The translations under genes were made by a program, and so were the position numbers. A stretch of 64,000 nucleotides of DNA, from assembly GCA_013387205.1 (NCBI GenBank), contig WARV01000002.1, positions 3,341 through 67,340 on the forward strand, given 5' to 3'. The DNA comes from Patescibacteria group bacterium (GTDB taxonomy: Bacteria > Patescibacteriota > Doudnabacteria > UBA920). Positions 1-8,556 of the stretch are shown piece after piece (position 1 is the first letter of the stretch; every line of letters begins with the position of its first letter). The notes beneath the pieces were generated by a model, which was given only the letters and a program-made list of their open reading frames with translations, was not told the DNA's origin and searched no databases.

Positions 1-832
1 AGCGTTAATCGACCGCGCGGGAGTTACGACCAGAAAGTGCGTCATTAGTTTTCCCAACAGCGCAGTTTTCACTTCTGTCATTGAAATGCCGAGGATGAAC
101 CCTAAAGAACTGGGTTCGGCTGTGGAATTCGAAGCAAAAAAATATGTTCCGCTGGCTCTTTCTGATATCGACTTGTCCTGGACGATTGTCTCGGAAAATG
201 ACCACAATAGCCCCAATGTAAAAGTCCTTTTAACCGCTGTTCCAAAGCAAATCACCCAAAATTACATGAGGGTTTTCTCCTTAGCCGGCCTTGATCCGCA
301 AGTGGGGGAAATTGAGGCCCTGGCCTTAATCCGCGCCCTGATAGGCAACGTACCCATAAATTGTGTTATAATAGATATAGGCGCAAAGTGTACCGGATTG
401 AATATTATAGAAAACGGATTTTTGCGGCTGTCGAGGAACCTGAATATCGGCGGTGATACCATAACGAATAAAATCGCCCAATCCTTAAACATCAGCGAAT
501 TCCGAGCTGAGCAGTTTAAAAAAGACTTCGGCGTAAGCGGCGGAACCTTTATTCCCGATGCCATCAAACCGGTACTCAATATCATAAAGAATGAAGTCAG
601 GCAGCTGCTGACAATCTACCAATCGCAGAATGTTAATGTGGACAAGCTGATTATAGTCGGCGGCGGCTCGAACCTTCCCGGTATTACCAGTTTTTTTGAA
701 GATTTGAAATTATCAATTGAAGTAGGAGATCCTTTAAGAGCTATAGGATATAGCCAGAGTTTGGCTCCCGTACTTAAGCGTTACGCTTCCAGCCTGCCCA
801 TTGCCATTGGGCTGGGTTTGAGGAAAGAATAG
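1..832 (+). CDS. pilM: Type IV pilus assembly protein PilM, 5'-partial (frame is open to base 2, so the gene starts upstream of the window)
   Basis: Actin-like ATPase C-terminal region; first gene of a pilM-N-O-B-T-C-pilin operon; no in-frame stop between base 2 and the ATG at 86. Confidence 0.7.
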   Translation, partial: ALIDRAGVTTRKCVISFPNSAVFTSVIEMPRMNPKELGSAVEFEAKKYVPLALSDIDLSWTIVSENDHNSPNVKVLLTAVPKQITQNYMRVFSLAGLDPQVGEIEALALIRALIGNVPINCVIIDIGAKCTGLNIIENGFLRLSRNLNIGGDTITNKIAQSLNISEFRAEQFKKDFGVSGGTFIPDAIKPVLNIIKNEVRQLLTIYQSQNVNVDKLIIVGGGSNLPGITSFFEDLKLSIEVGDPLRAIGYSQSLAPVLKRYASSLPIAIGLGLRKE

Positions 833-835
833 AAA

Positions 836-931
836 TAAAATGACAAAAATTAAAAAAATGACAAAATTGACATAAATAATGAACCTAATAATTTTTGTTC
901 ATTTTTGTCAATTATGTCATTTATGTCAATA
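836..931. repeat. Family-M dyad word-array repeat (3x ATGACAAAA then 3x TTTTGTCAT-like), copy 1, immediately upstream of pilN
   Basis: Homologous copies at 4341-4437, 16163-16258 and a half copy at 53503-53541. Confidence 0.7.
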
Positions 932-1524
932 AACTCGTGGCCCAGATAAACTTATTAAAACAAAAATCCAGCAGCTTAGCATCTTTTGACATTGTCCCTT
1001 CCATTTTAGTGAAGGTTTTTGCCGGTGCGTTAATTGCCCTGGTGGTTTATTACGGCTGGATTTATATCCGGATAAACAAGACTAATGCGGAAATTGCCTC
1101 AATCCAAGAACAGATAGCCCAGGGACGAAAGGATGTGGTTAATACCAAAGAGAGGAATGAGTTGTTAACCAGGCAAGCCCAGCTAAAGGAATTGAATGGG
1201 GTATTGGGCAAGCACGCTTACTGGTCGCAGATATTTCCGGAAATTGCCAGGGTTACCTTAAAAACCGCCAAATATTCGGACATTAAAGCTTCTGATGAAG
1301 GCGATTTTTCCCTTTCAGTGGAAGTCCCGAACATAAGCGACTTTGACAAATATCTGCAGGTATTCGATAACCCGAAATTTAACGCTAATTTCAGCGACTT
1401 GAGGGTATCCGGCTACCATAAATCGCAGGATTCAGAAGAAAATATGGCTAATATCAAGTTTGACGTTAAAATGAAATACAATTCTTCAATTTTAAATTAC
1501 AATCCTGCAACAACCCAAAATTAA
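895..1524 (+). CDS. pilN: PilN-like pilus assembly protein (one N-terminal TM helix then coiled coil). The true start is probably the GTG near 937, because the first ~14 codons lie inside an intergenic repeat
   Basis: Size, single TM segment, coiled-coil region, position after pilM. Confidence 0.55.
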   Translation: MFIFVNYVIYVNKLVAQINLLKQKSSSLASFDIVPSILVKVFAGALIALVVYYGWIYIRINKTNAEIASIQEQIAQGRKDVVNTKERNELLTRQAQLKELNGVLGKHAYWSQIFPEIARVTLKTAKYSDIKASDEGDFSLSVEVPNISDFDKYLQVFDNPKFNANFSDLRVSGYHKSQDSEENMANIKFDVKMKYNSSILNYNPATTQN

Positions 1525-1536
1525 TAACTTTTTTAA

Positions 1537-2160
1537 ATGGCAATAAGTATTCCGCAAATCCATACTCCAGTAAGAAGCAGTCTGCCCCAAAAGGCCTCTG
1601 TTCGCTATTCGATGATTGAGGTTGTTTTGCTAATCGTGGTCATTGGGCTGTTTTATTGGTTCATTGCCAAGCCGAAAATTGCGGAACTATCCGTCCAGCA
1701 AGCGAAACTGGAAAGTGTGCAAAGCGAGCAGCAGGCATTGGCCGGCAACTTAAAAAAACTTAAAGGGTTAGTTGCGCAGCTGAAATCCAGCCCTGATAAA
1801 GTAAAGCTTCTCGATGAAGCCATGCCTTTGCACGGAAAAACGACCGACGTGGAAACGTTAATCGATTATTTGGCAAAATCCTCCGGAGTGTCCATAGCTG
1901 ATATTTCCGCAACCACGAAGAATGATTTGGTGGCAGCAGGAAATAAAGAGGTGCTTAAGGACCCTTATGCGGTAAAAAGGACTTTGCAAAAAATCACCGC
2001 GGAAGCCAATGTGATGGGCACATACGACCAATTGGTGTCATTTATGAAAAAACTCGAGCAAAACGGGAGAGTGTTGAATGCCAATGCCATGGAATTAAGG
2101 ACTGGGGACGAGGGGCAATTGAATTTAAGGCTAACCATAGAAACGTATTTTTATGAATAA
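1537..2160 (+). CDS. pilO: PilO-like pilus assembly protein
   Basis: N-terminal TM segment + coiled coil; position after pilN; its 3' end overlaps the next ORF by 8 nt. Confidence 0.5.
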   Translation: MAISIPQIHTPVRSSLPQKASVRYSMIEVVLLIVVIGLFYWFIAKPKIAELSVQQAKLESVQSEQQALAGNLKKLKGLVAQLKSSPDKVKLLDEAMPLHGKTTDVETLIDYLAKSSGVSIADISATTKNDLVAAGNKEVLKDPYAVKRTLQKITAEANVMGTYDQLVSFMKKLEQNGRVLNANAMELRTGDEGQLNLRLTIETYFYE

Positions 2161-2494
2161 AAAACAGATAATACAAACTATTGTCATTGTGGGAGCCTTT
2201 GGGGCAAGCGGGTATGTTTTGTATAGCGGCCTTTACAGCAAAAAACCTACTCCGATTGTGCCAGGGGCATTGACTGAAAGCGTAGCCGGACTGGCTCCGA
2301 CTAAGGCTCCGGAAATTTCCATAGATAAAATTTTGCCTTACGGCGACAGTTTGGATTTTGACAAAGTCCTGAAAAAACAAAACCAGCAATACGGAGTCAT
2401 TGATTACCCAAAGCTCGATCCGAATTCGGAAGTGGGCATATCAGAGCCTCAATTAATGAAAGTCATTCCACCTAAGCAAGTGCAAAAAAAATGA
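2153..2494 (+). CDS. Small membrane-anchored protein (possible PilP-like accessory protein)
   Basis: N-terminal hydrophobic helix; translationally coupled to pilO. Confidence 0.3.
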   Translation: MNKKQIIQTIVIVGAFGASGYVLYSGLYSKKPTPIVPGALTESVAGLAPTKAPEISIDKILPYGDSLDFDKVLKKQNQQYGVIDYPKLDPNSEVGISEPQLMKVIPPKQVQKK

Positions 2495-2592
2495 AACGTT
2501 GCAGCTCGGGTATGGTTTAAAATGACAAGCGTGCAATTTATCATACCAACCCTGCAGCAGGGTTGGTATGTTCATCTCTACAATATTAGCTT

Positions 2593-4341
2593 ATGAATAA
2601 TCCTGTAAAAACAAATGATTCCAAGAGTTTTGACCAGTTTTTGGTAGATAACGGTTTTGTCGCGCAGCAAATAATCCAGGAAGCCTTAGAACAGCAAAAG
2701 AAAAGCGGGCAATCCTTAGGGCAAGTTTTGATAAATAACAAGATTCTGGAAGAAGAAGATTTGACCAAAGCAAAGGCCGCGTTTTTTAATATTCCGTATG
2801 TGGATTTGAGGAAGATCCATGTTTCGCCCATGGTTTTGGCGTTGATACCGAAAGAGTCGATGAACTTTTACAATTTTGTCCCGTTCGACTTGAAAGACAA
2901 AACTTTGAAAGTCGCCATAACCGACCCGACTAACCTTTCCGCTTTGGAGGCGCTGGAATTTTTGGGCCAAAAACAAAACTTGCAAGTCCAGTTATACCTG
3001 GCTTCAGACACTTCGGTGGGGATTGTGGTCGGTAAAAAGGGCAACCTGAAAATGGTGGTCGGCGAAGCATTGAAGGATATCCAGACAAAAGAGGAAAAAG
3101 AGAAAAAGCCGGTCATTACCGAGCAGGAAACAAAGCCTGCGGTTTTGGAAGAAGCCCCGATAATCAAAATTGTGGACGTTATTTTAGCCAATGCAATTGA
3201 AGGCAATGCTTCCGATATCCATATTGAGCCTTCGGAAAAAGACGTCAGGGTAAGGTACCGCATTGACGGTATTTTGCATACGTCCTTAATGCTTCCGAAA
3301 AATATCCAAAGCGCCATTGTTACCAGAATAAAAATATTATCCAATTTGAAAATTGACGAATCCCGCCTTCCCCAGGACGGGCGTTTCCATGTAGAGGTAG
3401 GCAAAAAATCCGTTGACTTGCGCGTATCCATACTGCCTTTGATTTACGGGGAAAAAACCGTTATGCGTATTTTGGATAAGAGCGGCAGCGTGCCGACTTT
3501 GGAGCAGCTTGGCATAAGGGGCAGGGCTGCGACCTGGGTGAAAGAAAATATTAAAAAGACACACGGTATATTCCTTATTACCGGACCTACGGGAAGCGGA
3601 AAATCCACCACTTTGTATTCCATCTTGTCAATTTTGAACACCGCGACCGTTAACATTATTACCCTGGAAGACCCGGTGGAATATTTTATTGCAGGCGTGA
3701 ACCAAAGCCAGATTAACCCGGATATCGGCCTGACTTTCGCTTCGGGACTCAGGAGCATTTTGCGCCAGGACCCGAACATCGTCATGGTCGGTGAGGTTCG
3801 CGATAAGGAAACGGCGGAGATTGCCGTGCACGCCGCGTTGACCGGCCACTTGCTGTTTTCGACACTGCACACCAATAATGCCATTGGCGCCATGCCCCGC
3901 ATGATAGACATGGGCATTGAACCGTTCCTTTTAACCGCTTCAGTCAACGTGGTTATGGCCCAAAGGTTGGTCAGGAAAATTTGCCAGAACTGCAAAAAAG
4001 AAGTGCCTATCACCAAGGCAGTGGAGGATGAAATCAGGAAAAATTTGGTTGGAGTGCCTGAGGAGTATCTGGAAGGGGTTGACCAGAAAACAATTAAGAT
4101 TTATAAAGGCCAGGGTTGTGAGAAATGCGGGCACACGGGTTATGTCAGCAGGTTCGGAATTTTTGAGGTATTGCCTGTCACTACGCAAGTCCAGGATTTA
4201 ATTTTGACCAAAGCCTCAACCCATAAAGTTTATGAAGAAGCATCAAAGCTCGGTATGATTACCATGAAGCAGGACGGTATTGTCAAAGTCATCAGGGGAG
4301 AGACCACTATGGATGAAATTATCAGGGTAACAACAGAATAA
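2593..4341 (+). CDS. pilB: Type IV pilus assembly (extension) ATPase PilB/GspE
   Basis: Walker A GPTGSGKST; Asp/His boxes; tetracysteine motif CQNC...CEKCGHTGY; N-terminal GspE_N-like domain. Confidence 0.93.
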   Translation: MNNPVKTNDSKSFDQFLVDNGFVAQQIIQEALEQQKKSGQSLGQVLINNKILEEEDLTKAKAAFFNIPYVDLRKIHVSPMVLALIPKESMNFYNFVPFDLKDKTLKVAITDPTNLSALEALEFLGQKQNLQVQLYLASDTSVGIVVGKKGNLKMVVGEALKDIQTKEEKEKKPVITEQETKPAVLEEAPIIKIVDVILANAIEGNASDIHIEPSEKDVRVRYRIDGILHTSLMLPKNIQSAIVTRIKILSNLKIDESRLPQDGRFHVEVGKKSVDLRVSILPLIYGEKTVMRILDKSGSVPTLEQLGIRGRAATWVKENIKKTHGIFLITGPTGSGKSTTLYSILSILNTATVNIITLEDPVEYFIAGVNQSQINPDIGLTFASGLRSILRQDPNIVMVGEVRDKETAEIAVHAALTGHLLFSTLHTNNAIGAMPRMIDMGIEPFLLTASVNVVMAQRLVRKICQNCKKEVPITKAVEDEIRKNLVGVPEEYLEGVDQKTIKIYKGQGCEKCGHTGYVSRFGIFEVLPVTTQVQDLILTKASTHKVYEEASKLGMITMKQDGIVKVIRGETTMDEIIRVTTE

Positions 4342-4437
4342 AATTAATGACAAAAATTAAAAAAATAATAAAAATGACAAAAATATAATTGCATTTCACT
4401 TTTGTCATTTCCGTCGTTTTTGTCATTTTTGTTCATT
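4341..4437. repeat. Family-M dyad word-array repeat, copy 2, ends 6 nt before the ATG at 4444
   Basis: See 836-931. Confidence 0.7.
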
Positions 4438-4443
4438 TAACCT

Positions 4444-4872
4444 ATGTCTTACGTTTTCAAACAAAAATTAAAAATATCCGACATTGTCGACTTGCAGCGG
4501 AACCCTAAAATGATTGTTATTGCCGAGCCGGACGAATGCCGTAAGTCTCTATACGCCAGGCATTTGGGGGAAGGCGACTACCAGGTTGTTGTCTGCGGCC
4601 AGCTGGAAAATCTTCCTGAAATGCTTAGAGAAAATAAGCCGCACCTGCTTGTGTTAAGCTCTGAATTTCCAGGATATTTAAACCGGATCGTGTCTTATTT
4701 GCGAAAGATAAAATCGGTTTTTCCCGACTTGCATATTATTACTATAGGTTTCGATTTGCACGCCGACGTTATCAAGCAATTCATGCAGCACGGGGTGGTA
4801 AGCCATATAGACAGGAAATTCAGCCGGCCGCATGACTTAACGCATATCGTAAAAATAATACTATCAAATTAA
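4444..4872 (+). CDS. Receiver (REC)-like domain protein, apparently degenerate (phospho-acceptor position reads LLVLSS not LLVLD)
   Basis: CheY-like alternation of hydrophobic strands by eye (MIVIAEPDE..., HLLVLSSEFPG..., IITIGF); sits between pilB and pilT. Confidence 0.3.
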   Translation: MSYVFKQKLKISDIVDLQRNPKMIVIAEPDECRKSLYARHLGEGDYQVVVCGQLENLPEMLRENKPHLLVLSSEFPGYLNRIVSYLRKIKSVFPDLHIITIGFDLHADVIKQFMQHGVVSHIDRKFSRPHDLTHIVKIILSN

Positions 4873-5023
4873 CATAATCCGAATTTACCCTGTTAAATGC
4901 TGCTTCGCAGCATTCCGACATCTCGGAATATTTAACAGGGTTAATCCGAATATTATCCAAATGACCCGAATAGGGAACCGTTTGGGGCATTCGGATAAGA
5001 ATTCGGGGCATTAGGATTATAAA
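4873..5023. repeat. Family-P dyad repeat (ATAATCCGAAT...CCAAATGACCCGAATA...GGGGCATTCGGATAA..AATTCGGGG.ATTAGGATTATA), copy 1 with an extra internal 70-bp palindromic insert; ends 4 nt before the pilT ATG
   Basis: ~85% identical copies at 23202-23276 and 34753-34846. Confidence 0.75.
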
Positions 5024-5027
5024 TTTT

Positions 5028-6098
5028 ATGTACAAAGCCAGTGAATTAGAGTTAAATAAGCTTTTATCCATTGTCATGGAACGGGACGCTTCTGACTTGC
5101 ATTTAATTGTCGGGGAGCCGCCGGTTATTAGGGTTGATACCCAGCTTATAAGGCTCGACAACTACCAGGTCCTTAGCAACGAAGGCATTGCCGATTTGCT
5201 TAATGTTTTGCTGTCTCCGGCGCAAAAGAGCTTATTTGAAAAACAAATGCATGTGGATTTTTCTTACGCTTTTAAGGACAATATCAGGTTTAGAGTCAAC
5301 GCTTACAGGCAAAAAGGGGTTTTAGGCATAGCAATGAGGATTATTCCTAACCGCATTAAAACTTTGGACGAGTTAAGTTTACCGCCAATCCTGAAAAAAT
5401 TCACGGAAAAGAAGCAGGGTTTGGTTTTGGTGGTGGGACCCACGGGGCACGGGAAATCTACGGCATTAGCGTCAATGGTTAACGAGATCAATAAAACCAG
5501 GAATGAACACATATTAACCATTGAAGACCCGATTGAATTCGTTTTTACTCCGGACCAGTCGATTATCAGCCAAAGGGAGATTTTGCTGGATACGCCGGCT
5601 TTTGCCGATGCGCTTAAGGCTGCTTTACGCGAAGATATAAACGTCGTGCTTGTCGGTGAAATGAGGGATTTGGAATCCGTTTCAGCAGCCCTAACTATTG
5701 CCGAAACCGGGCATTTGGTTTTCGGGACACTGCATACTAACGATGCGGCCCAGAGCATTGACCGTATGGTGGACGTCTTTCCTTCCAGCCAGCAGCCGCA
5801 GATCAGGAGCCAGCTGGCTAGTGTATTGGTTGGAGTGGTTTCGCTAAGGCTTTTGCCGAAGATCGGCGGCGGAAGAGTCCCGTCTTATGAGATTATGGTG
5901 AGCAATCATGCGATAAGGAACGTAATCAGGGATAATAAAGTTTACGAAATCCCGAATATAATCCATACCAATTTGGATGAGGGAATGATTCCGATGGATA
6001 AGACTCTTGCGTTATTGGTTAAACAGGGGGCGGTTGAATTTGAAGTTGCCCAAAATTTTGTTGTTGATAACGAATTCTTTTTGTCATTAATCTCATAA
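5028..6098 (+). CDS. pilT: Twitching-motility (retraction) ATPase PilT
   Basis: Walker A GPTGHGKST; HLVFGTLHTN motif; ~350 aa. Confidence 0.92.
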   Translation: MYKASELELNKLLSIVMERDASDLHLIVGEPPVIRVDTQLIRLDNYQVLSNEGIADLLNVLLSPAQKSLFEKQMHVDFSYAFKDNIRFRVNAYRQKGVLGIAMRIIPNRIKTLDELSLPPILKKFTEKKQGLVLVVGPTGHGKSTALASMVNEINKTRNEHILTIEDPIEFVFTPDQSIISQREILLDTPAFADALKAALREDINVVLVGEMRDLESVSAALTIAETGHLVFGTLHTNDAAQSIDRMVDVFPSSQQPQIRSQLASVLVGVVSLRLLPKIGGGRVPSYEIMVSNHAIRNVIRDNKVYEIPNIIHTNLDEGMIPMDKTLALLVKQGAVEFEVAQNFVVDNEFFLSLIS

Positions 6099-6099
6099 A

Positions 6100-6215
6100 T
6101 TAACTAATCTACGAATCCATACTAATAATAACCAATGACAACTAATCCTTACTAAGATAGCATTAGTTGTCATTGGCAATATTCGTTACATTAGTTGATT
6201 AGTTAATCAAATTCG
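6100..6215. repeat. Dyad word-array element (ACTAAT/ATTAGT words; AACCAATGACAACTAAT / ATTAGTTGTCATTGG arms) immediately upstream of pilC
   Basis: Direct reading; a similar ACTAAT array is at 38055-38165 upstream of pyk. Confidence 0.55.
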
Positions 6216-6218
6216 TAT

Positions 6219-7427
6219 ATGAAATTTTTTTACAACGCCAGGAATAAAGACGGGCAAACCAAGTCAGGTATGGTGGTAGCCCAAGACCAGGCTAGGGCTG
6301 AACAGCTTTTGGCTGAAAATGGCCTGGTTATTACCAGCCTGGAAGCCAGGGAAGACGGTATTTTTGATAGGCTGAATCCTTTCGGTAAATCCGTTAAAAA
6401 TAAGGAACTGGTAATGTTCTCCCGGCAGCTGGCAACTTTAATTTCTGCCAGGGTGCCGATTATCCAATCCTTGAGAATTTTGGAAGGCCAGGTGTCAAAC
6501 AAATACCTTGTTACCGTAGTCCGGGATATTATTGCTTCCATAGAGAATGGGGAAAACTTGTCCTTGGCCATGTCCAAGCACGAAAAGATTTTCGGGAACG
6601 TTTATACCAGCCTGGTCCGGTCAGGTGAAGCGTCGGGTACTTTGGATAAGGCTTTAGTTTATCTGGCTGACCAACTGGAAAAAGATTATGAGCTCAAATC
6701 TAAAGTAAAAAGCTCCATGACTTATCCATTGTTCGTTCTTGGTGCGTTGGGTATTGTCGGAATTTTAATGTTTAAATTCGTTCTGCCCAAATTGACATCG
6801 GTTCTTGAAGAGCAGGGAGGTAGCCTGCCGGCAGTTTCCGTGGCTTTAATTTCTTTTACCAAGTTTTTCGATAAATTTTGGTGGTTGGTGCTGCTATGCA
6901 TAGCGGGCCTGGTTTTGGCGGTAAAATTTTACATTTCGACTGAAATGGGCAGGAACCTGTGGGATCGCATGAAAATCAAACTGCCTATTATCGGGGATAT
7001 TTTTGTAAAAATTTATTTGGCCAGGTTTGCCAGGAATTTATCAACTCTGGTTAAAGGCGGAATTCCCATTATTAAATCCATGCAGATTGTCAGTGAAATT
7101 ATAAATAATACCATTTATAGGGATATTGTCTTAGGCGCTGTTGACAGTATTCAAGAAGGAAGAAGTATTAGCGATGGCTTGGCCGGCCATCCGGCAGAGT
7201 TTCCTCCAATTGTTACCCAAATGGTTAAGGTTGGCGAGCAGACCGCCCAGCTTGATGACATCTTAGGCAAATTAGCGGTATTTTACGAAAAAGAAGTTGA
7301 TACCAAAGTTAGCACCTTAACAACTTTGATGGAACCGGTTATTATGATAATTTTGGGGCTTGGTGTCGGAGTTTTGGTTGCCGGGGTGTTAATGCCTATT
7401 TATAACATGGCGAGCACGTCGGGATAA
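6219..7427 (+). CDS. pilC: Type IV pilus inner-membrane platform protein PilC/GspF
   Basis: Two GspF repeats; 3 TM segments; ~400 aa. Confidence 0.9.
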   Translation: MKFFYNARNKDGQTKSGMVVAQDQARAEQLLAENGLVITSLEAREDGIFDRLNPFGKSVKNKELVMFSRQLATLISARVPIIQSLRILEGQVSNKYLVTVVRDIIASIENGENLSLAMSKHEKIFGNVYTSLVRSGEASGTLDKALVYLADQLEKDYELKSKVKSSMTYPLFVLGALGIVGILMFKFVLPKLTSVLEEQGGSLPAVSVALISFTKFFDKFWWLVLLCIAGLVLAVKFYISTEMGRNLWDRMKIKLPIIGDIFVKIYLARFARNLSTLVKGGIPIIKSMQIVSEIINNTIYRDIVLGAVDSIQEGRSISDGLAGHPAEFPPIVTQMVKVGEQTAQLDDILGKLAVFYEKEVDTKVSTLTTLMEPVIMIILGLGVGVLVAGVLMPIYNMASTSG

Positions 7428-7498
7428 TCAGGGTGACCTTCTTTTTTAGTTATAAAATACCTTCTTCAAGTCAGCTCTATGGATTGTGTATAACTTTT

Positions 7499-7528
7499 TT
7501 GCCTATTAAGCTTTAGAAGTGGTATAAT
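7499..7528 (+). promoter_or_regulatory. Candidate sigma70-type promoter for the major pilin gene (TTGCCT, 18-nt spacer, TATAAT)
   Basis: Sequence match to -35/-10 consensus ~70 nt before the pilin ATG. Confidence 0.35.
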
Positions 7529-7599
7529 TAATATGAAATAATCAATTGGGAAGAAATATTGTAAATATTCCTTCCTTAATTGTTAAAAACAGGCAAATA

Positions 7600-8088
7600 A
7601 TGCCTGTCCCAAGATTGGGGGTGAAAAAATTGCGAAACAAAAACAAAGGTTTTACCTTAATTGAATTGTTGGTGGTTATTGCCATTATTGGTCTTTTGGC
7701 CTCTGTGGTTCTCCTTGCTCTTAACTCGGCTCGAGCCAAGTCCAGGGATGCTAAGAGACTGGCAGACGTAAGGCAATTAGCCTCTGCGTTTGAATTGTAT
7801 TTTAATGACAATAATTCTTATCCGACCGCAGCTGCTCAGAACCCAATTCCTCAAGCCGGTTTTGGTCAGCCAAATATAGTTCCTAACTATATTGGCATGA
7901 TCCCAACCGCTCCAGGACCGCAAGACGGCACTTGTACTCAAAACGGCCAGGGAGGTAATGGATATTATTGGGTGTTAAACAATGCTGCAAGTACCTCAAA
8001 TAGCTACACATTAACGTTCTGTTTGGGTGATAATACTGGCGGTTACGGAAAAGGCCCTCATACCTTAACTCCTGCCGGTATTCAATAG
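7600..8088 (+). CDS. pilA: Type IV major pilin (prepilin with class III signal ...KNKG|FTLIELLVV, C-terminal disulfide-loop cysteines). The track ORF starts at 7546; the ATG at 7600 is more likely
   Basis: G|FTLIE prepilin motif with E+5; hydrophobic alpha1; two Cys flanking a C-terminal loop; strong terminator right after. Confidence 0.8.
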   Translation: MPVPRLGVKKLRNKNKGFTLIELLVVIAIIGLLASVVLLALNSARAKSRDAKRLADVRQLASAFELYFNDNNSYPTAAAQNPIPQAGFGQPNIVPNYIGMIPTAPGPQDGTCTQNGQGGNGYYWVLNNAASTSNSYTLTFCLGDNTGGYGKGPHTLTPAGIQ

Positions 8089-8104
8089 TCAAACTTTTTT
8101 GTTT

Positions 8105-8140
8105 AGTATATTCCCTCCCCTTTGGGGGAGGGAATATACT
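8105..8140 (+). terminator. Strong rho-independent terminator after the pilin gene (16-bp GC-containing stem, tetraloop)
   Basis: agtatattccctcccc tttg ggggagggaatatact. Confidence 0.8.
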
Positions 8141-8155
8141 GACTCTGCATGATAA

Positions 8156-8545
8156 ATGCTGCAAATACCAAAAAAAATTAAAATTTTACTAACAGTCCTT
8201 TGCTTGGCTGTTATTTTGTTATTGTGCCTGTTTTTTGGGTGGAACAGCGGCCGTAATATATCACAAGCTAGTTTAATTTATTCCAACGCGCAGCAGATAG
8301 CCGCAGGATTGGAAAATTTTTATAAGGACCAAAATAGGTTTCCTTCAGCTGCGGAATTTGCTAATAACAATTTTATGGGCGGATATTTTAATATTTTCCC
8401 TGTTCCCGAGGTTGTTGTAAAAAATTGCTCCGGCAATTTTGTATATAAAAGATTAAGCATAGCCAGTTACGAACTGGATTTTTGCCTGCCAGCAAGCGTA
8501 GGGGCTTTTCATTCCGGATGGAATTCGGCAATAATAAATAAATAA
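8156..8545 (+). CDS. Small membrane protein with a pseudopilin-like motif (FYKDQNRFP) but no canonical prepilin cleavage site
   Basis: N-terminal hydrophobic helix; Y-x-D-x-N-R-(F/Y)-P resembles the GspG-family motif. Confidence 0.3.
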   Translation: MLQIPKKIKILLTVLCLAVILLLCLFFGWNSGRNISQASLIYSNAQQIAAGLENFYKDQNRFPSAAEFANNNFMGGYFNIFPVPEVVVKNCSGNFVYKRLSIASYELDFCLPASVGAFHSGWNSAIINK

Positions 8546-8556
8546 TTTTAAGACTC

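Noticed and set aside
836-950. Short direct+inverted word arrays considered as possible CRISPR or tandem satellite
   Set aside because: Words are 6-10 nt with irregular 3-8-nt gaps and switch orientation mid-array; no constant-length unique spacers; reported instead as dyad repeat families.
2586-4188. Several minus-strand ORFs (81-190 aa) overlapping pilB
   Set aside because: Antisense to a well-supported, motif-rich CDS; no start/RBS context and low-complexity translations; treated as spurious.
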